Assembly: GCF_000619845.1 (NCBI RefSeq) | Contig: NZ_JHUX01000003.1 | Location: forward strand, 850,064 to 882,063 | DNA from: Alkanindiges illinoisensis DSM 15370 | Lineage (GTDB): Bacteria > Pseudomonadota > Gammaproteobacteria > Pseudomonadales > Moraxellaceae | Length of the DNA stretch: 32,000 nucleotides | Direction of reading: 5' to 3' | Part shown: positions 20,363-29,496 of the stretch, piece by piece | Layout of the letters: every line of letters starts with the position of its first letter | How positions within the stretch are numbered: the first letter of the stretch is position 1 | Translations under genes and position numbers: made by a program | The notes under the pieces: model-generated | What the model was told of the DNA's origin: nothing | The model's database searches: none | The model's input: the letters and a program-made list of their open reading frames with translations, nothing else

Positions 20363-20902
20363 TTAAAACTCGTCATCAAATGCAGCATCCAGATCCTCTG
20401 AGCCAAACTCATCAAAACGATCTTCTGCTTTATCAATATCAAGGAGAACGCGCTGAATGAAGCGCAACTTGCGGGTTGTATCACGGGCATCTACCCAGTC
20501 CTGCTCCTCAAGATCAATTTTGAACTCGCGGCTTAAAGCTTCGAGCCACTGAGTAACCTCAATGCGCAGGGAGTCCAGTTGTTCCGAGGTAGAGGCTTCT
20601 TCGAGTTGTTCGCGTAATTCCAGTGCATGCTGCAAAAACTCCAGATCGCCAATAGAGTTTTCCAGACCACCATCCTGCTTATTAAGCTGAAGCAAATAAG
20701 CCGCGCGGCTATCGGCATGACTTAGGGTCTGATAGGCCTGATTAATCTGGCTGGATTGCTGAAGCGCCTGCTGGCCACCATCAGGGTTTGCCTGTTGCCG
20801 ATCCGGATGGTATTGCTGCTGGAGTTGACGGTATTTAGCCTTGAGGTGAGATAAATCAACATCAAAACTGGGGCTTATATCAAACAGCTCAAAATAAGTC
20901 AC
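20363..20902 (-). CDS. hscB: Fe-S cluster co-chaperone HscB (J-protein)
   Basis: 179 aa. J-domain with HPD (LQQQYHPDRQ). Located between iscA and hscA. Confidence 0.9.
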   Translation of the reverse strand: MTYFELFDISPSFDVDLSHLKAKYRQLQQQYHPDRQQANPDGGQQALQQSSQINQAYQTLSHADSRAAYLLQLNKQDGGLENSIGDLEFLQHALELREQLEEASTSEQLDSLRIEVTQWLEALSREFKIDLEEQDWVDARDTTRKLRFIQRVLLDIDKAEDRFDEFGSEDLDAAFDDEF

Positions 20903-20947
20903 AGCATCACCTTTAGCTACATCAAAAAAATATATAAAGCCGTTTGC

Positions 20948-21268
20948 TTAAACGGTAAATGACTCACCACAACCACATTCACCTTTCTGGTTAGGGTTGT
21001 TAAACTCAAATCCTTCATTAAGGCCGTTCTTGACGTAGTCCATTTCCAGACCATTCAAGTACACCAGACTTTTTGGATCAACAAACACCTTAACCCCAAA
21101 GGCTTCAAATGCAGTGTCATGCGGATCAACCTGATCCACAAATTCCAGAACATACGCCAAGCCAGAACAGCCCGAAGTTTTTACACCCACTTTAATACCT
21201 TCACCCTTGCCACGATTTTGCAAAAAATCATAGACATGGCGTGCAGCGCGTTCAGTTAAGTGAATCAT
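20948..21268 (-). CDS. iscA: Iron-sulfur cluster assembly protein IscA
   Basis: [16 protein letters not shown]...GCSGLAY...CGCGESFTV. The ATG at 21268 has AGGAG 7 nt upstream. The track ORF begins 10 codons earlier at a TTG. Confidence 0.9.
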   Translation of the reverse strand: MIHLTERAARHVYDFLQNRGKGEGIKVGVKTSGCSGLAYVLEFVDQVDPHDTAFEAFGVKVFVDPKSLVYLNGLEMDYVKNGLNEGFEFNNPNQKGECGCGESFTV

Positions 21269-21303
21269 ACGGGTTGCTCCTGTAGCAGGGTAAAACAATA
21301 AAC

Positions 21304-21696
21304 TTAAGCTTGGTCAGCAACTTTTTTACTACGGTAATCTTCAATCGCTGCCTTAATGGCATCTTCTGCCAGTACTGAGCAATGGATTTTTACCGGAGGT
21401 AAGGCCAGTTCCTGAGCAATGTCCTTGTTTTTAATGGCTTGTGCCTGATCCAGAGTTTTACCTTTAAGCCATTCGGTCACCAAGGAACTTGAGGCAATTG
21501 CAGAACCACAACCGTAGGTTTTAAAACGGGCTTCTTCAATAATGCCAGCATCGTTAACCTGAATCTGCAAGCGCATCACGTCACCACATGCTGGCGCACC
21601 AACCATGCCAGTGCCGACATTGTCAGCATCCTTATCCAGAACGCCCACATTGCGTGGATTTTCGTAGTGATCAATTACTTTATTGCTGTATGCCAT
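21304..21696 (-). CDS. iscU: Fe-S cluster scaffold IscU
   Basis: 130 aa. [41 protein letters not shown]. Confidence 0.95.
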   Translation of the reverse strand: MAYSNKVIDHYENPRNVGVLDKDADNVGTGMVGAPACGDVMRLQIQVNDAGIIEEARFKTYGCGSAIASSSLVTEWLKGKTLDQAQAIKNKDIAQELALPPVKIHCSVLAEDAIKAAIEDYRSKKVADQA

Positions 21697-21789
21697 TTTG
21701 CTTCTCCAAACCTCGGGGTCAGCGAGTGATAATTAATATGGGGATTGCTCCCCACAATTTAAATCCGTCATTTTTAAAACAAGATCGGG

Positions 21790-23007
21790 TTAGTGCGCTG
21801 CCCACTGTACAGTAGACAGGTCAATGCCTTCTTTATACATATCCCATAGCGGAGATAGTGCGCGTAACTTGTCAACAGCCGAGCGGGTAAAGGCAAGTAC
21901 CTGATCAATATCATCTTCAGTGGTATAGCGGCCAAAACTAAAGCGAATTGAACTATGTGCCAGCTCATCAGGTAAACCTAAAGCACGCAATACATAAGAT
22001 GGCTCTAGTGTGGCAGAGGTACAGGCTGAACCTGACGATACGGCAAGGTCTTTTAGCGCCATCATCAGTGATTCACCTTCAACAAAGTTAAAGCTGACAT
22101 TCAGATAGTTGGCAACACGATAATCCGGATCACCATTTAAGTGAACTTCTTCCAGATCCTGCAAGCCATTCCAGAGTTTGGTACGCAGGACTTCCAGACG
22201 CTGTTGTTCAGCAGCCATTTCGCGACCGGCAATTTCAAATGCTTCACCCATCGCTACAATTTGGTGAGTTGGCAATGTGCCAGAACGCATGCCACGCTCA
22301 TGTCCACCACCATGAATCTGTGCCTTCAAGCGTACACGGGGGCTGCGACGCACATATAAGGCGCCAATCCCTTTAGGGCCGTAAATCTTGTGGCCGGAAA
22401 AACTCATCAGATCAGCTTTCATACGAGACAGATCGATTTCTGTCTTGCCTGCTGCCTGTGCTGCGTCCACGTGCAAATAAATGCCACGAGCCCGGGTAAT
22501 TTCACCAATAGCTTCAATATCAGTCAGGTTGCCCAGTTCATTGTTCACCATCATCAGTGACACTAGAATGGTGTCTTCACGCAATGCAGCTTCCAGCATT
22601 TGCGGGGTAATACGGCCAGTACCGGGCTGGACATCCAGATAGGTAACTTCAAAACCTTCATCTTCTAACTGACGGCAGGTATCCAGTACAGCCTTATGCT
22701 CAATTTTACTGGTAACGATGTGTTTGCCTTTTTTCTGGTAAAAATAGGCAACACCCTTGATCGCCAGATTGTTTGATTCAGTGGCACCTGAAGTCCATAC
22801 AATTTCACGGGGATCAGCTTTAATCAGATCGGCAACTTGCTGACGGGCATGCTCCACAGCTTCTTCAGCCTGCCAGCCATAGCCATGCGAACGCGAGGCA
22901 GGATTACCAAATACGCCATCCATAGTCAAAAATTGCATCATGCGATCAGCTACACGCGGGTCAACTGGCGTGGTTGCAGCATAATCGAGATAAATAGGAC
23001 GTTTCAT
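21790..23007 (-). CDS. iscS: Cysteine desulfurase IscS
   Basis: 405 aa. PLP-lysine segment [14 protein letters not shown] and catalytic loop [21 protein letters not shown]. Confidence 0.95.
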   Translation of the reverse strand: MKRPIYLDYAATTPVDPRVADRMMQFLTMDGVFGNPASRSHGYGWQAEEAVEHARQQVADLIKADPREIVWTSGATESNNLAIKGVAYFYQKKGKHIVTSKIEHKAVLDTCRQLEDEGFEVTYLDVQPGTGRITPQMLEAALREDTILVSLMMVNNELGNLTDIEAIGEITRARGIYLHVDAAQAAGKTEIDLSRMKADLMSFSGHKIYGPKGIGALYVRRSPRVRLKAQIHGGGHERGMRSGTLPTHQIVAMGEAFEIAGREMAAEQQRLEVLRTKLWNGLQDLEEVHLNGDPDYRVANYLNVSFNFVEGESLMMALKDLAVSSGSACTSATLEPSYVLRALGLPDELAHSSIRFSFGRYTTEDDIDQVLAFTRSAVDKLRALSPLWDMYKEGIDLSTVQWAAH

Positions 23008-23483
23008 AACAGGTTACCTGCAAGCGTTAAACGTGAAGGATCAATCGGAGAGGCGTTCTGGCGCAGCACAACTGCCTGAACATTCTTGCGCTCAACCAGA
23101 CTCGCAAGGGTAATACCAGCCAAGTAATGTTCAATATGATTGGACAAATCCTGCCATAAGTCATGGGTCAGGCACATTGCGCCATTCTGGCAATTGCCCT
23201 TATGGTCACAACGGGTTGCATCAACTGACTCATTTACTGCTTCAATGATCTCAAGAACCGCAATATCATTGGCAGAACGTGCCAGCCGATAGCCACCATT
23301 GGCACCACGGACACTGGATACCAGCCCCTGACGCTTTAATTTGGCAAACAGTTGCTCAAGATAAGCCACCGAAATGGATTGCCTTGCAGCAATTTCGGCA
23401 AGCGTAATGGTTTGGTCAGCTGGCTGGAGTGCGAGGTCAAGCAGGGCAGTCACGGCATAGCGACCGCGAGTGGTCAGGCGCAT
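23004..23483 (-). CDS. iscR: Fe-S cluster-sensing transcriptional regulator IscR (Rrf2 family)
   Basis: 159 aa. [18 protein letters not shown] wHTH and Cys cluster [20 protein letters not shown]. Four-nt ATGA overlap with iscS. Confidence 0.9.
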   Translation of the reverse strand: MRLTTRGRYAVTALLDLALQPADQTITLAEIAARQSISVAYLEQLFAKLKRQGLVSSVRGANGGYRLARSANDIAVLEIIEAVNESVDATRCDHKGNCQNGAMCLTHDLWQDLSNHIEHYLAGITLASLVERKNVQAVVLRQNASPIDPSRLTLAGNLL

Positions 23484-23510
23484 AATCCGATGAACGCAAA
23501 AAATGGAATA

Positions 23511-23549
23511 GACTAATTTTAATGAATTCCGACTAATTTAGTCAAGTTT
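23511..23549 (-). promoter_or_regulatory. iscR promoter with IscR type-1-like operator boxes
   Basis: Palindrome GACTAA-T-TTAGTC (23531..23543) fits the GACTRwwwYAGTC core of type-1 IscR sites. A second GACTAATTTT core lies at 23511..23520. Read on the minus strand, TTGACT (23545..23540), an 18-nt spacer and TAAAAT (23521..23516) overlap the boxes. Confidence 0.6.
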
Positions 23550-23625
23550 AATTCTGACGTTTTTTTAAATAGTTAATATCAATTCTGAAAATATAAATGG
23601 CGCTAAAAATTGGAAATTTAGGCCA

Positions 23626-24270
23626 TCAGCTAAAGTACCACCAAGTATAAAGTAAACCAGTCAGTAATAACATAATGATCACTCCCAGCATCACTAAAAG
23701 TATCTGGTAGCGTTTTTTTATCATTTTGAGTTCATAAGCTTGCTGTTTTGCTGCAATTGACATATTGCTGAGTTGTAGGCGCTGCTCATCAATACGGCGC
23801 AATAATGGTTTCATGCGCTGGGAAACCGGTGTTACATCATTGGATTCAAAAGTAAACCAGCTTCGCCAATCCGAAACGATTTGCGGCAGGTTGAAGTATT
23901 CCATCAGGTGGCGTAATTCAGTTGCAAGCTGCTGTTCGCCTTTAATGCTAATTTTTTCAAACGATACTGGTTTAGCTGTAAAAAAAGCTCTGAGTAAGGT
24001 TAGGGTAGAAGCCGTGACGGTAGCATCAATTTTGGCATTCTGCGCCATCTCAAAGTCGAACAGTACACCTTGGGGTGCAAAGGTGACATAAAACGTATCA
24101 CTGGGCAGGTGAGTCTTGACACAAATCAAGGCACGACGCTGAATTAAATGCTGGGCATGATGACGCGACATACGGTCATGCTTGAGCAGGAAAGTAAGCA
24201 GAGTTTCAATAAGAATGAGTAAAAAGGACTGAAATAAATTCCGCTCTTGTGGCGCCTGTTGTGAAGGCAT
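23626..24270 (-). CDS. SCP2 (sterol-carrier-like) domain protein, UbiJ-like, with a C-terminal TM anchor
   Basis: The N-terminal half (FQSFLLILIETLLTFLL...ICVKTHLPSDTFYVTFAPQGVLF...KISIKGEQQLATELRHLMEYF) follows the UbiJ/SCP2 pattern. It is followed by a coiled segment and the TM helix ILLVMLGVIIMLLLTGLLYTWWYF. The ATG at 24270 is preferred over the track start at TTG 24294. Confidence 0.5.
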   Translation of the reverse strand: MPSQQAPQERNLFQSFLLILIETLLTFLLKHDRMSRHHAQHLIQRRALICVKTHLPSDTFYVTFAPQGVLFDFEMAQNAKIDATVTASTLTLLRAFFTAKPVSFEKISIKGEQQLATELRHLMEYFNLPQIVSDWRSWFTFESNDVTPVSQRMKPLLRRIDEQRLQLSNMSIAAKQQAYELKMIKKRYQILLVMLGVIIMLLLTGLLYTWWYFS

Positions 24271-24471
24271 ACAACATTTTTCCTTGGCAAGCAAAAGGTT
24301 AACTTAATAAATAACTAGGTTCTATCTTGTAGACTTTCGCCACAAAGTCAATAGCTTGTTAGACAAAAATTTAAGAGTGAAATGTTCGCTATGATATATT
24401 CAGAGTAATTTACTGTTGAAGTTAAGTGTCGCTTTTACTTAAATGTCAGTCATTATTTTATGGAGAGAGTT

Positions 24472-24963
24472 ATGACCAATAGCAGAAAAAACGAAGTGGA
24501 TTCTAAAGTTAGTGACACTAACGAGGTGTCTTCTGATATGGAAGATAAAAATCAGGAGATGCAAGGCGCGCATAACCGTAAAAAAAATGTTCTGGATTTT
24601 CGCAAATATACCAAGCAGATCTGGCTGGCTGGCTTGGGGGCTTTTTCCCGTGCCGAAGATGAAGGCACACGCCTGTTTGACTCTTTGGTAAAGGTTGGAG
24701 AGGAACTTGAATCCAAAACCAGCGATATTGCAGACAGTACTGTCGGGGTGGTGGGCGAAGTTAAAGACCGGGTAACTGGCCGTGTTAGCGATACCAAGGA
24801 AAAAGTAGAACGGGCACTCGATGAGCGGGTTAATTCCACAGTATCACGCATTGGTTTTGCCTCCCATAAGGAAGTAGCGCAACTGGTTGAGTTGATTGAG
24901 CGGATGGAACAAAAAATTGATGATTTAACAGAAGAAGTCAAAAAGCTGCGCCCTAAAAAATAG
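24472..24963 (+). CDS. Polyhydroxyalkanoate granule-associated protein (phasin, PhaF/PhaI N-terminal type)
   Basis: KQIWLAGLGAFSRAEDEGTRLFDSLVKVGEE plus a C-terminal leucine-zipper-like helix, collinear with Pseudomonas PhaF/PhaI N-terminal regions. The ATG at 24472 has GGAGAG upstream. The track ORF starts at 24460. Confidence 0.75.
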   Translation: MTNSRKNEVDSKVSDTNEVSSDMEDKNQEMQGAHNRKKNVLDFRKYTKQIWLAGLGAFSRAEDEGTRLFDSLVKVGEELESKTSDIADSTVGVVGEVKDRVTGRVSDTKEKVERALDERVNSTVSRIGFASHKEVAQLVELIERMEQKIDDLTEEVKKLRPKK

Positions 24964-25056
24964 TTTAAATTTTATACAACAGATTAAAAACATAATTTTT
25001 TCGATGAAAAAACTTAAAAAAGGCAGCCATTTTTGATCTTTATGGTCTGGATGTGC

Positions 25057-25085
25057 TTGCCTTGTACTCAACGCATTGATATAAA
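25057..25085 (+). promoter_or_regulatory. Candidate sigma70 promoter for hupB
   Basis: TTGCCT (25057..25062), a 17-nt spacer, TATAAA (25080..25085). It lies 65 nt upstream of the hupB ATG. Confidence 0.45.
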
Positions 25086-25150
25086 GTCCTATAAGTCGAG
25101 ATAGCGATTAGTGATTTTTTTAACAAAGTGATTCAGAGGAAGTTGACTTC

Positions 25151-25423
25151 ATGAATAAAGCAGAATTAATTGATGCCATTGCCACCCAAGGGGGTTTATC
25201 AAAAGCTCAGGCTGGTCAGGCATTGGATGCAACAATCGGTGCTATTAGCGATGCCCTGAAAGCTGGCGAAACTGTAACGCTGGTTGGTTTTGGGACTTTT
25301 AGCGTAAAAGAGCGTGCTGCACGTTCTGGCCGTAACCCAAAAACTGGCGAAACCATCAAGATTGCCGCAACCAAAGTACCCGGCTTTAAAGCTGGTAAAG
25401 GTTTAAAAGACGCTGTTTCCTGA
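25151..25423 (+). CDS. hupB: DNA-binding protein HU (beta-type)
   Basis: 90 aa. [11 protein letters not shown]...[26 protein letters not shown]. Sits upstream of ppiD as in many gammaproteobacteria. Confidence 0.9.
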   Translation: MNKAELIDAIATQGGLSKAQAGQALDATIGAISDALKAGETVTLVGFGTFSVKERAARSGRNPKTGETIKIAATKVPGFKAGKGLKDAVS

Positions 25424-25440
25424 TCAGCGTTCTGATATCA

Positions 25441-25465
25441 ACGCGCCTTATATGGCGCGTTTTTC
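25441..25465 (+). terminator. Rho-independent terminator after hupB
   Basis: acgcgcc (25441..25447) pairs with ggcgcgt (25454..25460) around loop ttatat, followed by tttt. Confidence 0.7.
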
Positions 25466-25574
25466 GTTTATTTAACGCGTTGAAAACATATAGAACAGCG
25501 CTTATATCTCAAATCACTTGTATCTTGAACAATATAAGCTAACATGCTTGCGCATCGTTTTTTTGGTAGGGTTT

Positions 25575-27470
25575 ATGGAAGCGTTTCGTCGTTTAATCAG
25601 AGGCTGGCTGGGCAAGGTTTTACTGGTCATTTTTTTAATTCCCTTTGCGCTGGTTGGGATTGAGGGCTATTTCAGCAGAAATGGAAATGATGAAACAGCC
25701 ATTCAGGTGAACAAGGCAAAAATTAGCCAGACTGCGCTTGATACTGCCATTGAAAACCAGCGTAAACAGTTACTGGAGCAGGTAAAAGGGGATGAGAGCC
25801 AGCTTAATCAGGATGCAATCAAGCAACTGGTCACTAATAATCTGGTCTATCGTGCCTTATTGCTGGATCAAGCCAAGAAATTGGGCTTTGAATTGAGTGA
25901 CCAGCAAATTGGTCAGTTGATTCGCCAGGAACCAAGCTTTCAGGAAAATGGCAAATATTCTGATGCACTGTTTCAAACTTATCTGAAAAACTCCGGGACT
26001 TCGCTTTCACAGCTTTTAAATGATGTCAGAGAGCAGGTAGCAATTCAGCAACTAGCTGGTGGTATTAATGACACTGGATTAGCAAGTAAGGCTGATATTG
26101 ACCGGCTAGCAGTCCTGCAAACCGAAAAACGCAAAGTGCATGTTGCCAGTTTGCCATTAAGCAGTTTTGTTGTTGATAGCCAGATTACAGCCAAACAAAT
26201 TGCCGATTATTATAATAAAAATAAGTCGCAACTTGGCTTACCAGAAAGTGTTGATGTGGATTTTGTTGTGCTGGATAGTAATGCATTAGCATCTCAAATA
26301 CAGGTGACAGATGCAGATATCCAAGCGCAGTACAAGGCTATGCAGGCCAAAAGTGCAGGGGCAGAGGAACGACGTATTCAGCATATCCTGATTGAAGTAA
26401 ATGGTAAAACTTCTGAAGCAGCAGCCAAGCAGCAAATCGAAAAAATTGCTGCACGCATTAAGGCTGGTGAAGATTTTGGCAAGGTTGCCAGTGAAGTATC
26501 ACAGGACCCTGGTTCTGCTGCCAATAATGGAGACCTGGGCTTTTTAAGCAAGGGAACTTTCCCGGGTGCATTTGATGATACAGCATTTAGTCTGCCAGTT
26601 AATCAGGTATCTGCTCCTGTCCGTTCAGATGCTGGCTATCATCTGATTAAAGTCAGTGAAATTAAAAAAGACAGCGTTGCCAGTCTGGAATCCCTGCGTC
26701 CACAACTTACTGCACAAGCGCAACAGAGTAAGCTTGATGAGCTATATAGCGAAACAGTCAATCGTTTAAATGATATGGCTGTTGATACAGACAGCTTGCA
26801 GGAATTGGCTAAAGCACAGAACTTGTCTGTTAATTCTGCCAAAAATGTGACCAAGCTAAATGCAACAGAACCTCTGAATAATACATCTGTTAAAGCGGCC
26901 CTGTTTAATGATGACATTGTGCATGGCGACCGCAAGATTTCTACCGGAATTGAAATTGCTCCCGGTAAAACAATCTGGGTAAAAGTGAACAATTATCATG
27001 TAGCACGCCCGCAAACCCTGGCAGAAGCCACAGCTCAAATTAAGCAAACTTTGCAAGCACAAGCACAGCGTGCCAAAGCGGAAGCCAAGGCAAAAGCAAT
27101 TGTAGATGCCTTAAAGACTAAAACTCCTGTTCAGGTACAGCAGGAATATAATATTACCCTGCAAAGCATTGGTGAAATCACTCGTATGAGCGGAGCACCA
27201 CTAGCACTGGAGCGTGCAGCATTTGCAGTGGCTAAGCCTAAAGCAAACCAGTGGTCTGCAGGTTATTATATTGAAGGCAGTAATCTGATTATTGTAGCTG
27301 TATCAGAGGTGATAGCGGGTAATCCAGCAAGTGTTAATCCAGAGCAGCGCCAGCAATTAACCAGCACAATGGCAACCTTGCGTGGTCAGCAGGAACTGGC
27401 TGATTATGTTCAATACCTTAAAGCAAAGGCCAAGATTAAAGATCTTTCTGCTGATAAAAACGGCAAATAA
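25575..27470 (+). CDS. ppiD: Periplasmic chaperone / peptidyl-prolyl isomerase PpiD
   Basis: N-terminal anchor MEAFRRLIRGWLGKVLLVIFLIPFALVG and parvulin domain (RRIQHILIEV...GDLGFLSKGTFPGAFDDTAFSL...GYHLIKV). The ATG at 25575 is preferred. The track ORF starts 19 codons earlier. Confidence 0.85.
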   Translation: MEAFRRLIRGWLGKVLLVIFLIPFALVGIEGYFSRNGNDETAIQVNKAKISQTALDTAIENQRKQLLEQVKGDESQLNQDAIKQLVTNNLVYRALLLDQAKKLGFELSDQQIGQLIRQEPSFQENGKYSDALFQTYLKNSGTSLSQLLNDVREQVAIQQLAGGINDTGLASKADIDRLAVLQTEKRKVHVASLPLSSFVVDSQITAKQIADYYNKNKSQLGLPESVDVDFVVLDSNALASQIQVTDADIQAQYKAMQAKSAGAEERRIQHILIEVNGKTSEAAAKQQIEKIAARIKAGEDFGKVASEVSQDPGSAANNGDLGFLSKGTFPGAFDDTAFSLPVNQVSAPVRSDAGYHLIKVSEIKKDSVASLESLRPQLTAQAQQSKLDELYSETVNRLNDMAVDTDSLQELAKAQNLSVNSAKNVTKLNATEPLNNTSVKAALFNDDIVHGDRKISTGIEIAPGKTIWVKVNNYHVARPQTLAEATAQIKQTLQAQAQRAKAEAKAKAIVDALKTKTPVQVQQEYNITLQSIGEITRMSGAPLALERAAFAVAKPKANQWSAGYYIEGSNLIIVAVSEVIAGNPASVNPEQRQQLTSTMATLRGQQELADYVQYLKAKAKIKDLSADKNGK

Positions 27471-27487
27471 TTTTTAATCAGGGACTT

Positions 27488-27514
27488 AAAAGCCATCCTC
27501 AGGATGGCTTTTTA
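27488..27514. terminator. Bidirectional terminator shared by ppiD and the convergent orphan gene
   Basis: aaaagccatcct-c-aggatggctttt, a 9-11 bp stem flanked by A and T runs. It lies between the stops at 27470 (+) and 27524 (-). Confidence 0.7.
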
Positions 27515-27523
27515 TATGGCGGA

Positions 27524-28351
27524 TTATTTTTTCGGCTCGCTAAAATAATAATGCAGCTCGTTAGTGGTTTCTGCCACAATATTGCGATCACTCTTGAGGA
27601 TGATGTCAGAGCGCTTTTTGCGCGGGTAGGGGAGCTGTGTACTATCGCCAAATCGTGGAAGTTCATCATTATGGCCAACGATGAAAAGGAATTCATTTAA
27701 ACTGATCACCTTCTTGGAGTGATTAGCAAAGCGTAACGTAGCCCGATAAGAAAACCCGGATTGATAAAAGCGTTTAAGGATTTGCGTGCCATCATTTTCA
27801 TTTTTAAATTTTTTAATATAGGCAACACTTTCATTAAGTTGATGAATTTCATGCAATGCTTTCTGGTTTTCAATCAGCGCTGGAGCATGGTTTTGAAGCA
27901 TTTCCAGTTGATGTTCAAACCATTCAATTACTTCATCAGGCTTAACTGTGAGAATAGAAATAGCAGGATTTTTGGTAAAATTAACAGCAATGACATCTTC
28001 AATAATTAACGGTGTTTCTAGCAATTTAGGTAGTTTTTTAAGCTCAAAACGTTCTACGATTGCCTGAGCCTGTTGCGCATAGTCTTCGATTAACAATTTG
28101 ATTTCATCTAAATGATATGGTGTGAGCATCACCAGACATTTTAAACGTGGTTTACCGAGTAAAAGCGCTGAACCTTTACCAAAGCGTTCACCCTGACTTT
28201 TTACAAAGCTATGTAGCTCAAATGGAATATGCTGTGCTTCAGCCTTCTGGCGCAATTCCATTAATGCATTGTGATAACTATCAAACCATTTTGAAATTTC
28301 CAGTCGAACCAGACTTTGCTGTTCAGCCTGGCTTAAACGTTCTGGTCGCAT
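27524..28351 (-). CDS. Hypothetical protein (275 aa), family not recognised
   Basis: Long uninterrupted ORF. The ATG at 28351 has AAGGTG 9 nt upstream (the track start GTG 28363 adds MIKN). Mostly helical and Lys/Glu/Gln-rich. Strongly AT-rich codons. See findings for a tentative Tus-like resemblance. Confidence 0.7.
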   Translation of the reverse strand: MRPERLSQAEQQSLVRLEISKWFDSYHNALMELRQKAEAQHIPFELHSFVKSQGERFGKGSALLLGKPRLKCLVMLTPYHLDEIKLLIEDYAQQAQAIVERFELKKLPKLLETPLIIEDVIAVNFTKNPAISILTVKPDEVIEWFEHQLEMLQNHAPALIENQKALHEIHQLNESVAYIKKFKNENDGTQILKRFYQSGFSYRATLRFANHSKKVISLNEFLFIVGHNDELPRFGDSTQLPYPRKKRSDIILKSDRNIVAETTNELHYYFSEPKK

Positions 28352-28573
28352 ATTCTTTATCACCTTTTACGATAACTAGAATTTTATCATAGTGTAAATT
28401 TTATAAAACATGATTTAAGTAAATTAGTTTTTAAAATTCATCTACTAAATACCATCTAAAAGTTCTTCTAATTTATTAAACAGTTAAAAGTATTATTTCA
28501 ACAAAGTTTTATAAGATTCATTCTCTTTAATATGTAAAAGCAGGGAGGGTCAAAATAAATTAAGGAATTCGTA

Positions 28574-28975
28574 TTAACTCACCCAGTTGTCCAACTGAAG
28601 CGCAGGAACCCGATTAAATTCTTTAGTATTATTAGTCACGAGAATAAAACCTTTGCTCCGTGCATGCGCTGCAATATGCAAATCATTGTCACTAATGAGT
28701 TGTCCCAGCTTTTTTAGATAGGCTTTGATATTGCCATACTGGATAGCAGCTTCAGTGCCATAATCCAAGACCTGTAGCCGAGATAAAAAATTTTCAACTA
28801 CCATTAAATTATGTTCCGGCTGCGCACTGTTTTCTGCACCATAGACTAATTCTGCAACGGTGATACTGCTTACACAAATCTGAGAGAAAACACTGTTAAA
28901 ACGTTCTCTAACTTCTATAGGCTTATGTTTAATAACATAGATTACAATATTGGTATCCAGCATATATTTGAGCAT
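28574..28975 (-). CDS. vapC: PIN-domain toxin VapC (tRNA-fMet endonuclease type)
   Basis: 133 aa. [27 protein letters not shown]...AELVYGAE...HARSKGFILVTNNTKEF is near-collinear with enteric VapC/MvpA. Its ATG overlaps the vapB stop by 1 nt (TAATG, the A at 28975). Confidence 0.9.
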   Translation of the reverse strand: MLKYMLDTNIVIYVIKHKPIEVRERFNSVFSQICVSSITVAELVYGAENSAQPEHNLMVVENFLSRLQVLDYGTEAAIQYGNIKAYLKKLGQLISDNDLHIAAHARSKGFILVTNNTKEFNRVPALQLDNWVS

Positions 28976-29205
28976 TAAAACTGCTCTCGAATGCTTTCTA
29001 CTTGATCACCACGCTCAAAGTCCTCAGTAATGGTTAGGTTCGGATCATCAAAAAAACTGTCCCATGTTTGTCCTACGGGACTGATGACTCGATCCACACC
29101 GATCTGCCGGACATACACCTGTTGAACTGTAGGTGAAAATCGAACACTGGTAGGTAATCTGACGGCTTGTGAGCGGTTGTTAGTAAATACACTGGTAACA
29201 GTCAT
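28975..29205 (-). CDS. vapB: Antitoxin VapB (AbrB/SpoVT-type)
   Basis: 76 aa. The N-terminus [18 protein letters not shown] is typical of VapB/MvpT. AGGAG lies 7 nt upstream of the ATG. Confidence 0.9.
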   Translation of the reverse strand: MTVTSVFTNNRSQAVRLPTSVRFSPTVQQVYVRQIGVDRVISPVGQTWDSFFDDPNLTITEDFERGDQVESIREQF

Positions 29206-29496
29206 CGTGAACTCCTAAAGTTGCCCTAGGCTTGAGTATATAGCAATTAGTTTTGTAATTATAGATGGTTTTTAAAGGAGCATAGCAGTGATTATCATCA
29301 GTAGTACTAAAGAAGTTAGTCTATACTTCATTTAACATAATATACATTATACGACATAAATTGAATATCCAAAAATTTGGCTACTATTCATTTCAACGAT
29401 CAAATTTAACCCATTTAATATTTCGTTAAAAACTCTTAGGCAATTATTCTGTACCGATAGATAATAACGATAATTACCTTACCAAGGATATTTGCT

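Noticed and set aside
28364-28385. Ter-like site upstream of the orphan (Tus-like?) gene, by analogy with TerB upstream of E. coli tus
   Set aside because: On the gene strand the sequence reads TAGTTATCGTA. It shares only TAGTTA with the reverse complement of the E. coli Ter core (TAGTTACAACA). A 6-mer in AT-rich DNA is not evidence. I noticed no GTTGTAAC core in the flanks by eye.
29336-29496. Purine or other riboswitch upstream of the NCS2 permease
   Set aside because: I could not find the conserved purine-riboswitch junction and loop motifs or a convincing three-way junction. The region is mainly AT-rich, low-complexity sequence.
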